NCBI GenBank assembly: GCA_965279515.1
Contig: CBDIID010000003.1
Span: forward strand, 96,001 to 160,000
Reading direction: 5' to 3'
DNA length: 64,000 nucleotides
From: Turneriella sp.
Lineage (GTDB): Bacteria; Spirochaetota; Leptospiria; Turneriellales; Turneriellaceae
The stretch's first letter is position 1. Each line of letters starts with the position of its first letter. A model generated the notes under the pieces. The model had not been told where the DNA came from. It was given only the letters and a program-made list of their open reading frames with translations, and made no database searches. Below, piece after piece: positions 31,203 through 42,061 of this stretch. The position numbers and the translations under genes are program-made.

Positions 31203-31417
31203 AACGTGGAATTTACACGAGGTCGATGGTGCGTTGCACAAAAACAGCAGGCTTATTTAGAAAACCGCGTATTAAGCACCATCGATCTGCCGTAGACCGC
31301 TCGTTGCGCCTGACCAAACAAACGTCCCGTTTGTCAGGCGTCAACGATCTTTGCGGTCGGAGGCCGAGCACGCGAGGAGCCACGGCACCGCAGCGAGCGC
31401 AGCGTGTAAATTTTGTT
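31203..31417 (-). repeat. attC-like site R32 (D)
   Basis: AAC...GTT folded repeat. Confidence 0.85.
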
Positions 31418-31445
31418 GTGTGCCGTTTTGCATCGTTGCCATAAT

Positions 31446-31961
31446 CTATGGAACGATTCTGATTTTTAGTGTCAGAAACGTCTTATCTCTGTATATATGT
31501 AGTTCCGCTTCGGAGCCAGGTAGCTCATTTCGGTTATTCGCCAATTCTTGCAATTTTGATGAAATCTTGCGAAATTCTTTTTCCCAACAAGGATTCGGCG
31601 TTTGATCAAAGTCAGTCGGACAGGATCTGACTAAGTTGAAATCTTGCACCTGGCAGATTATATCACCATCCTTGAATAGGCGGCCACGGAATAGTTGAGT
31701 CCTTGCAATCTTATACCCATCGATTCGGCCATCCAGCGCCCGTGGGCCAAATTGACTAGAAGGCGGTTCTTTGTGATGAACATACACCAAATCAAAATAC
31801 TCATTCACTTCAGTTAAATTTAGGTCGGCATATATCGTTTTTCCTTGCTGCCAATTCCAACATGATTCTGGTGAAGTATTTGCTGGCTTCTCTGTGCGAG
31901 CTTTACTGCACAACAGTAGCAATGTAATCAGTAAGAGTGCATTGCTTGGGTAAAATTTCAT
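31446..31961 (-). CDS. Putative lipoprotein
   Basis: LLLL-C after hydrophobic leader. Confidence 0.65.
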   Translation of the reverse strand: MKFYPSNALLLITLLLLCSKARTEKPANTSPESCWNWQQGKTIYADLNLTEVNEYFDLVYVHHKEPPSSQFGPRALDGRIDGYKIARTQLFRGRLFKDGDIICQVQDFNLVRSCPTDFDQTPNPCWEKEFRKISSKLQELANNRNELPGSEAELHIYRDKTFLTLKIRIVP

Positions 31962-31978
31962 CTTGCAAAATGGCACAC

Positions 31979-32180
31979 AACGTTGGAATTTCGCGAGGTG
32001 ATTGACGCGTCAATAAAACTGGTTTTACACGAAGTAGCTTCGCGTCAATCATCTGCCCGAAGCGCTTCGCGAGCCTGCGAAAAACACACCTCCCGGTTTG
32101 GCAGGCGTAGCGATCTTTGGCGCGTAGGGCCGAGCACGCGACCCAACGGAGTGGTCGCGGCGCAGCGCGAAATTCTTGTT
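31979..32180 (-). repeat. attC-like site R33 (BrnTA-linked variant)
   Basis: AAC...GTT; tgattgacgcg/cgcgtcaatca; same variant precedes second BrnTA copy. Confidence 0.85.
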
Positions 32181-32308
32181 CTCTGCAGTGTTTAGCTACG
32201 TCAGCCGCGTGCGACATGGAGGTCGCACGCGGACGGCTTTGTCAAAACTAAGGGCTATTTAGCGGCTTTTTCTGGGCAAGTTGTATTTCTGTATGTACAT
32301 TGTACATA

Positions 32309-32599
32309 ATGAAGTTGGCCTTTGTATGGGATGAAGCCAAGAATCTTGAGAATATCAAGAAGCACGGAGTCTCTTTCGAAGAAGCCAGCACGATCTTTAG
32401 CCGTATACCTTATGAGATTTACAATGATCCAGATCATTCAGAAAAGGAACACCGATATCTGGCGATCGGCTTCAGCGACAAGGCTCGTGCCTTACTAGTG
32501 AGCCATACTGAAAATGCCACAGGAACAGAGATCAGAATCATATCAGCTCGCAAAATGACAAAACAAGAACGCGCCGATGCGTTTGGAGGCAAACTATGA
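32309..32599 (+). CDS. brnT: BrnT toxin
   Basis: FVWDEAKNLENIKKHGVSFEEA...IRIISARK. Confidence 0.9.
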   Translation: MKLAFVWDEAKNLENIKKHGVSFEEASTIFSRIPYEIYNDPDHSEKEHRYLAIGFSDKARALLVSHTENATGTEIRIISARKMTKQERADAFGGKL

Positions 32600-32826
32600 G
32601 AAAGGAATACGATTTAACCAAGTTGACGAAGGCTTCGCCTAAATACCTGAAGCATATTAAGAAGCCTGTGACGATTCGGCTTGAGCCACAAATAATTGCA
32701 TATTTTAAGAGCTTGGCAGAAACTACTGGATTGCCTTACCAATCGTTGCTGAATTTTGTTTTACGCGACTATGCAAACGAGAACAGAAAACCCAATGCGA
32801 ATTGGGGCAAAGTAGCTTCGCGTTAA
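32596..32826 (+). CDS. brnA: BrnA antitoxin
   Basis: MRKEYD...KKPVTIRL...GLPYQSLLN. Confidence 0.85.
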   Translation: MRKEYDLTKLTKASPKYLKHIKKPVTIRLEPQIIAYFKSLAETTGLPYQSLLNFVLRDYANENRKPNANWGKVASR

Positions 32827-32878
32827 GGCGGCCGGCAGGGATGCCGGACGCTCTTATCTCTTGCTAAACATTGCAGAG

Positions 32879-33095
32879 AACGTGGAATTTACCTGAAGTT
32901 TATGGTGCGTCGCACAATGGCGGCTGTCTTCTCTCGAAAGCCGCGTTTTGACGCACCATAAATTTGCCCGGAGCGCCTCGCGGCAAAGCACAAAACAAGC
33001 GTCCCGCTTGTGCTTTGTCCGCGATCTTCTGGCGCGTAGGGCCGAGCACGCGAGGAGCCACGGCACCGCAGCGAGCGCAGCAGGTAAATTTTGTT
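32879..33095 (-). repeat. attC-like site R34
   Basis: AAC...GTT; tttatggtgcgtc/gacgcaccataaa. Confidence 0.85.
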
Positions 33096-33120
33096 GTGCG
33101 ATGCCGAGAACGCCGCGGAA

Positions 33121-33786
33121 CTAGTCATAGTAAAGCTCTTCTTCTCTAATATTCATTTCATCTTTGAAGTCTTCCCACGCTGACATTGGTGGCAGATATC
33201 CTTTTGGCCTATGTGCTTTGTATAGGCAATTATGCACTTCAAGCTGTAATATACGATACTTAGACTTTAGATCAGCCACTTTATGAAAAATATCCAGTTC
33301 CTTTCTACATTGGATAGCCGGATTAATGTCAAGAATCAAATTGTTTTCAATAGATTTCTCGCCTTGCAGAAGCCGAAGCTTCAATAGGGTAAGAGCGTGT
33401 CGGAAACGAATCTCCCGCTTTGCGTATTCGTGCAACGGCTTCAGAGTTTTGGGTATTTTTAGATTATCAATTTCCATGATGCCTTTCTTGCCTATTGATA
33501 AATTTATCTCAGCATTATGAAAGAAATTTAGAGACTCAACATCATACTTGCCGCATGGTTTGTATGGAGGATTGTCTCGGCATTGAGTTAAATCAGGAAC
33601 TCGTTCTGCAAACCCGAAATGATATTGTGGATGAATTTGCATGATTTCATCAAGCTCGTTCGGAGATATCTTCGTTTTGTCAAAATGCAGCTTTATCGCT
33701 ATGCCATACAGTTGATACTTGCGAGTGGCAGCGAAGGCCTGACTCGAAACAAGAATCAGCAAAAGAAAAATAATGTATTTACGCAT
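33121..33786 (-). CDS. Hypothetical exported protein
   Basis: Signal peptide MRKYIIFLLLILVSSQAFA. Confidence 0.7.
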   Translation of the reverse strand: MRKYIIFLLLILVSSQAFAATRKYQLYGIAIKLHFDKTKISPNELDEIMQIHPQYHFGFAERVPDLTQCRDNPPYKPCGKYDVESLNFFHNAEINLSIGKKGIMEIDNLKIPKTLKPLHEYAKREIRFRHALTLLKLRLLQGEKSIENNLILDINPAIQCRKELDIFHKVADLKSKYRILQLEVHNCLYKAHRPKGYLPPMSAWEDFKDEMNIREEELYYD

Positions 33787-33814
33787 ATTGATGTCGTCGT
33801 TCTCGGTTTCGCAC

Positions 33815-34029
33815 AACGTGGAATTTACACGAGGTCGATGGTGCGACGCACAATAAAAGCAGGCTTATTGCGAAAGCCGCGTATTGAGCACCATCGATCT
33901 GCCGTAGACCGCTCGTTGCGCCTGACCAAACAAACGTCCCGTTTGTCAGGCGTCAACGATCTTTGCGGTCGGAGGCCGAGCACGCGAGGAGCCACGGCAC
34001 CGCAGCGAGCGCAGCGTGTAAATTTTGTT
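33815..34029 (-). repeat. attC-like site R35 (D)
   Basis: AAC...GTT folded repeat. Confidence 0.85.
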
Positions 34030-34085
34030 GTGCGATGGGGCATGCCCTCAGTAATAGCGTACTCGAAACATTGAGCTTGCTGGTT

Positions 34086-34538
34086 TTACGCATATCTTAC
34101 GAGCCAAGCCAAATAACCTATTATAGCTTGCTTTTGGCCTCTCGCAATATAAGTACCAACGACGGCAACAGATGCCACCATACTAAGGATAATGGCAATG
34201 AACCAAATACTTGATGTATCGCCCCTGGATACAGGGATCAAGCCAAAAATGCAAATTGCCAAGATGCCCAACATTACAGGCAATGGCCATGCGAAAAATC
34301 CTATTATTCTGGGCCCATCGGGCGCGTTGCTGATCAAACCGAAGAAGACAGGTTGAAAAGAGTTCATATACCCGAGAAAAACACGAGCCGTAAAAAAGGG
34401 ACCGATTTTATAACCAGAAATACCAGGATATGGTTCTGTTTTCGGTTGCCTAAATAATTCAAACCAACGGAGATTTGCTGCAGCCCTCTCGTAAATAATT
34501 TGAATTGGAATCTTTGTCGGTATTTTCAGAAAAAACAT
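34086..34538 (-). CDS. Hypothetical membrane protein
   Basis: C-terminal TM segments. Confidence 0.65.
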   Translation of the reverse strand: MFFLKIPTKIPIQIIYERAAANLRWFELFRQPKTEPYPGISGYKIGPFFTARVFLGYMNSFQPVFFGLISNAPDGPRIIGFFAWPLPVMLGILAICIFGLIPVSRGDTSSIWFIAIILSMVASVAVVGTYIARGQKQAIIGYLAWLVRYA

Positions 34539-34558
34539 ACTGGCATGCCCTTTCGCAC

Positions 34559-34767
34559 AACGTGGAAAATACCCGAATTGCGCCCCCGCGGCTGTAAAGT
34601 GTAAATAATCGCGGCTTTATGCGACTTTCGCGGGAGCGCATTTGCCCGTAGCGCCTCGCGAGCCCGCCAATGCAGGCCCACTGGCCTGCGGGCGCAGCGA
34701 TCTTCGGCGCGTAGGGCCGAGCACGCGACCCAGCGTAGCGGTCGCGGCGCAGCGGGTATTTTTTGTT
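34559..34767 (-). repeat. attC-like site R36 (E)
   Basis: AAC...GTT folded repeat. Confidence 0.85.
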
Positions 34768-34875
34768 GTCGGCAGTTGTTGGTTGATCGCTTGGGCACGG
34801 ATGCCCAAGCAGATGCTGGCTTCTCTAAGTCTTTCTTATGGATTTACCTGTCGTTCTGAGAATTCAGAATAATCA

Positions 34876-35301
34876 ATGATCGGTAGTTGCCTATGCGGCG
34901 AAATTGAGTTCAAATTAGAGAATAAGCAGTATAAGCTATACCAGTGCCATTGCTCACTATGCAGAAAGCAAAGTGGCGGCCCAGCCAATGCAGCAACTTT
35001 GGTGCTTGAGAATAAGTTCTCCTGGCAAAAAGGGAAAGAACACATTCGGTCTTATGTCAAAGCAACAGGCTTTAGATCTGATTTCTGTTCTAAGTGCGGC
35101 TCACCAGTTCCAAATAGGATCGGAAATACCGACTATATGTGGATACCTGCTGGGCTGCTGAAAACCTCTGATAAATTTGAAATTGTTGCCCATTTATTTA
35201 TCGGGTCAAAGGCGGCATGGGACTCGGCGCCCACTCATGGAGAAATCTTTGAGACTGGTCCAGGAGTTGAAGGTCTATTCAGGTTACTCGAAGGAGTGTA
35301 A
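34876..35301 (+). CDS. GFA (CENP-V/Mss4-like) family protein (inverted cassette)
   Basis: GSCLCG, CHCSLCRK, FCSKCGS zinc motifs. Confidence 0.9.
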   Translation: MIGSCLCGEIEFKLENKQYKLYQCHCSLCRKQSGGPANAATLVLENKFSWQKGKEHIRSYVKATGFRSDFCSKCGSPVPNRIGNTDYMWIPAGLLKTSDKFEIVAHLFIGSKAAWDSAPTHGEIFETGPGVEGLFRLLEGV

Positions 35302-35365
35302 TCTGCGATGTATGCACCGCCATGGATGGCGGTGGAGGAACACCTGCTTTCCAACAATTGCCGAC

Positions 35366-35574
35366 AACGTGGATTTTACGCTGACGTTTTTTGACGCTCG
35401 TGTCATTTATTCAATTTGTAAAGCCGATTCGCGTCAAAAAATGTGGTCGTAGCGGCTCGCGGCGACGCGCGAAAACACACCTCCCGGTGTGCGCGTCGTC
35501 CGCGATCTTTGCCGCGAAGACCCGAGCACGCGAGGAGCTACGGCACCGCAGCGGCGCAGCGCGTAAAATTTGTT
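35366..35574 (-). repeat. attC-like site R37 (A)
   Basis: AAC...GTT folded repeat. Confidence 0.85.
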
Positions 35575-35738
35575 CTCTGCCGTTGTTGGGCTTGTGAGCT
35601 CGGCCACGGATGGCCGAGCGACTAGAATTGAATCATATATGTCTTCGCTATTCATTGATTTCCTAAAAGAGATTCAGATACTTCTAACCTCGGCTTAATT
35701 AGCAATTGACGTTCGGATCAAGGTATGAATCAAATACG

Positions 35739-36062
35739 ATGTACATGAATGAAAAGGAAACAGCACCTATTTGGCTTTTGTATGGCCTACCAAGTGTTCT
35801 ATTGCTATCTGGTCTAATTTCAGTAATTACACGGACTTTCTGGATGGCCGGCGGTGCGCGCGGCGGTACCAGCAAATTAATCGGAATGCCTGCCGTATAT
35901 TTCGGTATTGGTCTAATGTGTTTAGGTATCTTTTTTTACAGTTTCGTAACTATACGACTGACGATGCGGGCCAATCAGCTTATTCGGATCGTTGCCTGGG
36001 TCTCGGGTTTCCTTACTTTAGCCAGCTGGGCTTTACTGGGAATCGTATTAGGTAATCGATAA
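35739..36062 (+). CDS. Small membrane protein (inverted cassette)
   Basis: Three TM segments. Confidence 0.65.
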   Translation: MYMNEKETAPIWLLYGLPSVLLLSGLISVITRTFWMAGGARGGTSKLIGMPAVYFGIGLMCLGIFFYSFVTIRLTMRANQLIRIVAWVSGFLTLASWALLGIVLGNR

Positions 36063-36159
36063 ATTTCCCGATGCGCAAGTCCGTTGGCAGCTGATAAGCT
36101 GCCTTTGAATGAGCATCGGCAAGGATGCCGATGAATATCAGAGCCTAACAATGGCAGAG

Positions 36160-36345
36160 AACGCGGGTTTTACCTTGACGTTTTTGCTTGTGGCGTCTTC
36201 GACACAAGCAAAAATGTGCCCGGAGCGCCTGCCCGAGCCCGCCAATGCAGGCCCACAGGCCGGCGGGCGCAGGGCATCTTTGGCGCGGAGTGGCCGAGCA
36301 CACGACCCAACGAAGTGGTCGTGCGCGCAGCAGGTAAAACTTGTT
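36160..36345 (-). repeat. attC-like site R38 (short variant)
   Basis: AAC...GTT; gttttacct/aggtaaaac outer stem. Confidence 0.8.
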
Positions 36346-36479
36346 GTGCGACGTTTTTGCGGCTGCACCGGCGGCCACGGATGGCCGCGGGTGCTTTTGA
36401 CAAATTTGTTCTATTCATGAGATTCGGGGGACATTTCAGCATATGGTTGACAAACGCCTTCCGCTATATATTGTTACGC

Positions 36480-36701
36480 ATGGCTAAGTACGCCCTAAAC
36501 ATACGGGACGAAGCAAAAGGAAAGAACCTAGTGCTTTTCCTCAAAACCCTGGATTTTGTTAAGGTTTCAGACGTTCATACCCCTAAAAAATCTAAAAAAC
36601 GCCATCCAAAAGATTTTTTCGCAGCCCAAGGGGTCTGGAAAGAGCATAACATTACTGGAAAAGAGCTTCGAGAATTGGCTTGGAATCGTGGTAATCGTTG
36701 A
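36480..36701 (+). CDS. VapB-like antitoxin
   Basis: MAKYALNIRD...GVWKEHNITGKELRELAW; TTGACA upstream; overlaps VapC. Confidence 0.7.
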   Translation: MAKYALNIRDEAKGKNLVLFLKTLDFVKVSDVHTPKKSKKRHPKDFFAAQGVWKEHNITGKELRELAWNRGNR

Positions 36702-37062
36702 TACCGATGTCATCGTAGAGTTCCTTCGGGGTTCTCCTGATGCGGCCAAAGCACTAAAGGCAATTAAGCCAGAAAATCTAGCTATTTCTGCTGTTACGAG
36801 AATGGAACTTCTTGTTGGTGCATGGAACAATGCAGAGCTACGAAAAATTGAAAAATCTCTGGATGCCATTCAAGAAATAAGTATTTCTGAGGATATTTCG
36901 GCGAAAGCCGTGGATCTAATACGAAACTACGCCAAAAGCCACGGTCTCAAAATACCAGATGCGATAATTGCCGCAACTGCAATTGACCAATCCGTTCATC
37001 TCTTCACTTACAATATTCGGGATTTCAAATTCATTAAAGGCCTAACTCTGTATTCTGTTTAG
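36688..37062 (+). CDS. vapC: VapC PIN toxin
   Basis: IVDTDVIVEFL...IPDAIIAATA...TYNIRDF. Confidence 0.9.
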   Translation: MVIVDTDVIVEFLRGSPDAAKALKAIKPENLAISAVTRMELLVGAWNNAELRKIEKSLDAIQEISISEDISAKAVDLIRNYAKSHGLKIPDAIIAATAIDQSVHLFTYNIRDFKFIKGLTLYSV

Positions 37063-37117
37063 CGTTGAAGCGTCGGCAAGGATGCCGACGAGGCAAAGGC
37101 CGCAAAAATGTTCGCAC

Positions 37118-37325
37118 AACGTGGAATTTACCTGAGGTTGAGTGACGCTTTGTTCAACTTTGTATTCTGTAAAGCCATTTTGCGTCACTCAATCTGCCCG
37201 GAGCGCCTCGCGGCAAAGCACAAAACAAGCGTCCCGCTTGTGCTTTGTCCGCGATTTTCTGGCGCGTAGGGCCGAGCACCCGAGGAGCCACGGCACCGCA
37301 GGGAGCGCAGCAGGTAAATTTTGTT
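37118..37325 (-). repeat. attC-like site R39 (B)
   Basis: AAC...GTT folded repeat. Confidence 0.85.
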
Positions 37326-37346
37326 GTCTGCAGTAAGCGCTTCGAA

Positions 37347-37790
37347 TCAAAGCGCTTTGAGTAAGGCAATGTACCTTATTAAGCATATCAGGTAGCCACC
37401 GCCGATATAGATACTCGCCAAAGTTATGGGAATGTCTTTGGGTATAGAGAGACTCGGGCTAACATTCATAAACGATATAAGGATGAACGGCAGGAATATC
37501 ATAGACAGAGAAAGTAGCGGCAGGAACGAAATGCGATATTTCAATAATATGTCGCTATTGCGTTTTTCCACGGAAATCGAGCAACTTGTCAAAATGCCGA
37601 TAACGGATGTTCCATGGATATTGCCCAGTTTACTCAGTTTTAATGAGCCTGTCAGATCAATCGTATTTCCCCGAATATCAAGTTCAAGCCCTCGGTGCCT
37701 AATCGTTCTAGCTAGTTGTTCTGTGTAATCTTTGGCATCAAGCTCCTCATCGGTCTTAAGCTTAGTGCCATTAAGTGTAAATGGGAGCAT
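37347..37790 (-). CDS. Hypothetical membrane protein
   Basis: Two C-terminal TM segments. Confidence 0.65.
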   Translation of the reverse strand: MLPFTLNGTKLKTDEELDAKDYTEQLARTIRHRGLELDIRGNTIDLTGSLKLSKLGNIHGTSVIGILTSCSISVEKRNSDILLKYRISFLPLLSLSMIFLPFILISFMNVSPSLSIPKDIPITLASIYIGGGYLICLIRYIALLKAL

Positions 37791-37875
37791 TTCTCTGTGC
37801 CTTACGGGCTTTTTTCTTTTTTTGTTTTCTTATGCCGATGCATAGTCATAAATTATTTCAGCGCTTATTGCAGAC

Positions 37876-38084
37876 AACGTGGATTTTACGCTGACGTTTT
37901 TTGACGCCTGTGTCATTTAATCAATTTGTAAAGCCGATTTGCGTCAAAAAATGTGGTCGTAGCGGCTCGCGGCGACGCGCGAAAACACACCTCCCGGTGT
38001 GCGCGTCGTCCGCGATCTTTGCCGCGGAGACCCGAGCACGCGAGGAGCTACGGCACCGCAGCGGCGCAGCGCGTAAAATTTGTT
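37876..38084 (-). repeat. attC-like site R40 (A)
   Basis: AAC...GTT folded repeat. Confidence 0.85.
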
Positions 38085-38118
38085 GTCTGAAGTGCCGGTT
38101 CGGAAATTGCTTTTTTAA

Positions 38119-38820
38119 CTAAACTACTGATGCTCTCAAGCATTCGGCTACAGCCTGAGGTTCACAGCCATTCAAACCGGCCCCCCAGGTCGCGTTTGCC
38201 TCAAGAAAGCACCATGTATTGTCCTTCAAGAGGCCAATATCTATCACCAAAGTTTGTGGTAGAACTAACGTTGGCTCAGCTAAAACCTGGTTAATAAACA
38301 GTGTGGCGTCTTCTAGGGTTCCGGTGCCTTCATAGATAGAAATCGTGAGCAATTTGCCTTGCAATATGAAACATCGCGCTTCAGCGACGAATGTCACGGT
38401 TTCACTAGCTATTATGCGTGTATCCGGCTCAAGGCCTCGCGTTTCGGCTTGAAGTGCATCGAAAGAAGGGTATACTTTTGAAGTAAATTGCTTGGGTATC
38501 AGCGACTTCAAAAAAATCGGGTAGCTGAGAGCACCTGCCTCAGCAAGAGATATATGCTCAATTTTGCGATGAAGATACTTTGGTGGAACAGAAAAGATAA
38601 GATCATCTGCCGGCGTTACAAGGTTAAGATTGAGCTTCTGAGCCAATACCAGACAAAATGTATCATTGCCATAGACCCGTGCTGTCGCCGAATTCAGGAT
38701 TGGCGGCTCCCAGAATCGACCAAGTCGTAAGACTTCGCCGCCATCTGCTTGCCAGATTTGAGCCACTTGGTCTCGCTCAGAATCTGTTTTCTCTGGAACT
38801 ATTAGGGTCAGCTTATTCAT
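38119..38820 (-). CDS. ATP-grasp domain protein (DUF4343/R2K-like)
   Basis: PIFLKS...KQF, EARCFILQG, VIDIG, LEANATWGAGLNG. Confidence 0.75.
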   Translation of the reverse strand: MNKLTLIVPEKTDSERDQVAQIWQADGGEVLRLGRFWEPPILNSATARVYGNDTFCLVLAQKLNLNLVTPADDLIFSVPPKYLHRKIEHISLAEAGALSYPIFLKSLIPKQFTSKVYPSFDALQAETRGLEPDTRIIASETVTFVAEARCFILQGKLLTISIYEGTGTLEDATLFINQVLAEPTLVLPQTLVIDIGLLKDNTWCFLEANATWGAGLNGCEPQAVAECLRASVV

Positions 38821-38870
38821 CTTGAATCATTGAGCTTTGTGCAAAGTTTTGCTTTCCCGGCATTTCAGAC

Positions 38871-39083
38871 AACGTTGGATTTACAAGAAGTTGATGACGC
38901 GCCGCACAATAAAGGCGGGCTTATCAGGAAAGCCGCATATTGAGCGTCATCAATTTGCCGAGCCCACAGCGTTGCGCCGCACCGAATGCACGTCACGTGC
39001 GTGCGGCGTCAACGCCTCTTTGTGGGCGAGGCCGAGCACGCGAGCCAACGAAGTGCTCGCGCGCGCAGCTTGTAAATCTTGTT
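38871..39083 (-). repeat. attC-like site R41
   Basis: AAC...GTT folded repeat. Confidence 0.8.
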
Positions 39084-39169
39084 CTCTGCCGTGATCGCGC
39101 TTGTGAGCCCGGGCAAGGAGGCCCGGGCGATCTTTTCGATTAAAGTCTAAGATTCGTTTACAGAATACT

Positions 39170-40135
39170 TTGCCGAAACTTATGAGCCTATACATGAAAC
39201 TGATAAAGGCTTTTATGGGCATAAACTTCATTATAGCCATTTTTACCTCTACCTCTATTAGCTCGGCCGATTGGCCCAGTGATATATACTTACATAAAAG
39301 CACTCAGACAGCGTTTGTTTCTTCCTCTAGAGGAAAGGTTTTTTCCATAAACTTGAAAACAAATGAATCAAAGCTGATTTTCTCTGAAAAGTTTGGTATC
39401 ACGGCGCTAGCTCCTCTCGACGGCCAAAATCAGAGACTGATTTTCGGAGGTTCAGCCGGAGTACGTATCATAGATCTAAACGGCAATTTGTTGCGAAAGA
39501 CGGATGTTAGGGAACTATGGTTTGAGTCATTAAGCCCCTTAGCGGGAACGGAAACATTTGCGGTCTCAACGCTCAGCTCGGTTAGAGTTTATGGCCACGC
39601 TGAGTTAGATGTGGCTTCCTTTGATACGCACACGAACCTAATTGGGAGCATTGCCTTCCTCTCGAAAGAAAAGATTATTGGCAAAGCCGAGAAGGCAATA
39701 CTCATTATGTCGCCTCTTACCAAGACATTTGAAGTTTATACGACTGGCGTAAGCCCCAGGGAAGTAATGTTAGAGCACTGCGGCGGCGAAGAAGTCTTAT
39801 CATACGGTTTCGGAACCAAATTTTCCCTTTATCAAATGCAAGACAAGGCAATTAAGGCAGAAGTTTTACAAGTACCTGAAGCCGGTGTCGACATCGATGG
39901 GGTAGGTTGTGATAGAGATTGGGTTGTCATCGGAAGCACTAAAGGCATGCTTTATGTTTTCGATAGAAATACAAAGAGATGGTCGAATTTCAAGGGTCAC
40001 AACGGCAATATTATCAAGGTCAAGATTTTCGGTGATTCATTTTACACCATCTCGACTGATGGTTTTTTTAAAATTTGGACAAAAGAAAAGAAACTGGTTC
40101 GGGAAATTGGCGTTATGCCCCCTGTAGCAAAATGA
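39170..40135 (+). CDS. Exported WD40/beta-propeller protein (inverted cassette)
   Basis: FKGHNGNIIKV...STDGFFKIW WD repeat; start uncertain. Confidence 0.75.
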   Translation: MPKLMSLYMKLIKAFMGINFIIAIFTSTSISSADWPSDIYLHKSTQTAFVSSSRGKVFSINLKTNESKLIFSEKFGITALAPLDGQNQRLIFGGSAGVRIIDLNGNLLRKTDVRELWFESLSPLAGTETFAVSTLSSVRVYGHAELDVASFDTHTNLIGSIAFLSKEKIIGKAEKAILIMSPLTKTFEVYTTGVSPREVMLEHCGGEEVLSYGFGTKFSLYQMQDKAIKAEVLQVPEAGVDIDGVGCDRDWVVIGSTKGMLYVFDRNTKRWSNFKGHNGNIIKVKIFGDSFYTISTDGFFKIWTKEKKLVREIGVMPPVAK

Positions 40136-40188
40136 AAGAAAGCGCCAGCATGGATGCTGGCGAACAACGTCGCGCGATCATGGCAGAG

Positions 40189-40395
40189 AACGTGGAAAAT
40201 ACCCGAGGGGCGCGTTTGCGGGTGTAAAGCCGTTTTACTTGGGTTAATGAGACTTTCGCGTAGCGCCTCTGCCGAACCGGCTCGCTGTGGCGCGCCAAAT
40301 GCAGCTCAAGGAGCTGCGCGCCGCAGCGATCTTTGCCGGTGAGGCCGAGCACGCGACCCAACGTAGTGGTCGCGGCGCAGCGGGTATTTTTTGTT
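40189..40395 (-). repeat. attC-like site R42 (E-related divergent)
   Basis: AAC...GTT folded repeat. Confidence 0.8.
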
Positions 40396-40710
40396 CTCTG
40401 CCGTTGTTGTCCGCGGTTACCTGCGCGGCCATGGCGTTTTACATGCCGACTCAACTGGGCAAGAGCGCCGTCGGTTAAACTTTATTTTATTTCAAAAGCC
40501 AAGCTTTGACTTGCTAAGTGTAGCATTCGATATAACCAAAGATTGCCTTGCAATCTTTGTCGGCAGCTTACGGCAGAAAGTAAGGCGTGTAATACGCCGT
40601 GGTCTTTGCCGCGCTTGCGCTAAACCTCTTCGCGCCAAAGTTCTTAGGGGTAGGGCAACCATTGCCCAGGTTAATCACCTTTCTCTTTGCGCGCTCGTGG
40701 GAGCGAGGCA
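40396..40710. other. Gene-less cassette type B, copy 2 (IS481 inserted at right end)
   Basis: Near-identical to 13020-13334. Confidence 0.7.
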
Positions 40711-42045
40711 GGTACAATATCAGAACATCGGTAACGAAAAGTCATCACGACATCGGTAACAGTTCTGCCTCAGGCTTTGCCGTGGTTTCCTCCTGATTTG
40801 GTGTAAACAAATAATTGTTCCGATCGATGTAGCCCAATAGCAGGCTACCGAAGTAGACGTCGATGCGCATGTCGGCGATAAACCGGAGCCCGATCGGGTA
40901 GCCGTTAAAAGAATTGCCGATAAATATCCGGTGCTGCTTGTAGTTGGTGTAACCGCGGTCATTTACGATGCGTACGATGCAATCCTCAGGGTAGGCGGGT
41001 AGTACGTCGCCAGTATACGGAATTTCAGATGGTAGGTAGAACTCTGATGGCGTCCTCATGCCCAGGGCTTCATGCGGTCGCACATTGTTGAAGTCTTCGC
41101 GCCACTGATCAAACGAAATCTGGTGAAGCTTTAGATCACCGCGAATGCGCCCCTGCAGTTCCGTGCGGATGTCTCTGTGCATACGCTCATGTCCGCCATT
41201 CTGCGCTGGCTTTCCCGGATCAATGCGGTCCAGAGAAATTCCCAAGGACAGCCACCAGACTGACAATTTTGTCAGGCCAAAGAGGCCCCACGATGATGCG
41301 AAAGGAGTTCCGTTGTCAGAGCGAATAATTTCCGGCAGACCATAGCGTTTGAAGAGTCTGGCAAAGTGTTGTTTTACATTGGAAATATTGCCCTTTTCCA
41401 GTATCTGTATCGACAGGATGTACTTACTGTACTCATCGCGAACTGTCAGAGGTTCGCATTTCTCTGCATGTGCAGTATACCACCACCCCTTGAAATCAAC
41501 CGTCCATATGTGATTGGGATGCGTCGCCTTTTCGCGAAGCATCAGCCTCTCTCCGGTTCTGCGGCGCTTCTTTCCTCTTGGCCTTGTCAGACCAGAGCGC
41601 GCCAGAAGGCGATCGACTGTAGGCACTGAAATATCGCCTTTGCGCTCGGGGTAAAGCCTGCAGAAGACCGCATAGATCTTCTTGGCTCCCCAGCGAGGCC
41701 TGTTATTCTTTATGCGAATAATGTCGCAGATTGTTTCTTCGTCAGTGCGGTTCGGATTGCCTCCTGGTTTTCGTGACAACTCCGCCAATCCAGCTAAGCC
41801 TTTTTCCAGAAACCTTGCCTTCCACTTGTACCCTGTCTTGGTGCTGATACCAAACTCGCGGCACAGCTCTGTGAAACTCTCTACGCCCTCCAGGGCGCGA
41901 AAGACAAAAGATCTTTTCTCTTCCATTTTGGTAACCTCTTTCCACGGCATTTGAGCCCCCTGCCGAAGGCAGGCAAAAGCCCGTTGCGAAGCAAAGTGTT
42001 ACCGATGTCTTGATAGAAATGTGTTACCTATGTCGTGATAGTACC
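40711..42045 (-). mobile_element. IS481-family IS, copy 2
   Basis: GGTAC...GTACC; flanks GGCA vs TAAT do not match. Confidence 0.9.
40745..41950 (-). CDS. IS481-family transposase
   Basis: Near-identical to copy 1. Confidence 0.9.
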   Translation of the reverse strand: MPWKEVTKMEEKRSFVFRALEGVESFTELCREFGISTKTGYKWKARFLEKGLAGLAELSRKPGGNPNRTDEETICDIIRIKNNRPRWGAKKIYAVFCRLYPERKGDISVPTVDRLLARSGLTRPRGKKRRRTGERLMLREKATHPNHIWTVDFKGWWYTAHAEKCEPLTVRDEYSKYILSIQILEKGNISNVKQHFARLFKRYGLPEIIRSDNGTPFASSWGLFGLTKLSVWWLSLGISLDRIDPGKPAQNGGHERMHRDIRTELQGRIRGDLKLHQISFDQWREDFNNVRPHEALGMRTPSEFYLPSEIPYTGDVLPAYPEDCIVRIVNDRGYTNYKQHRIFIGNSFNGYPIGLRFIADMRIDVYFGSLLLGYIDRNNYLFTPNQEETTAKPEAELLPMS

Positions 42046-42061
42046 TAATGCAATGTCACAC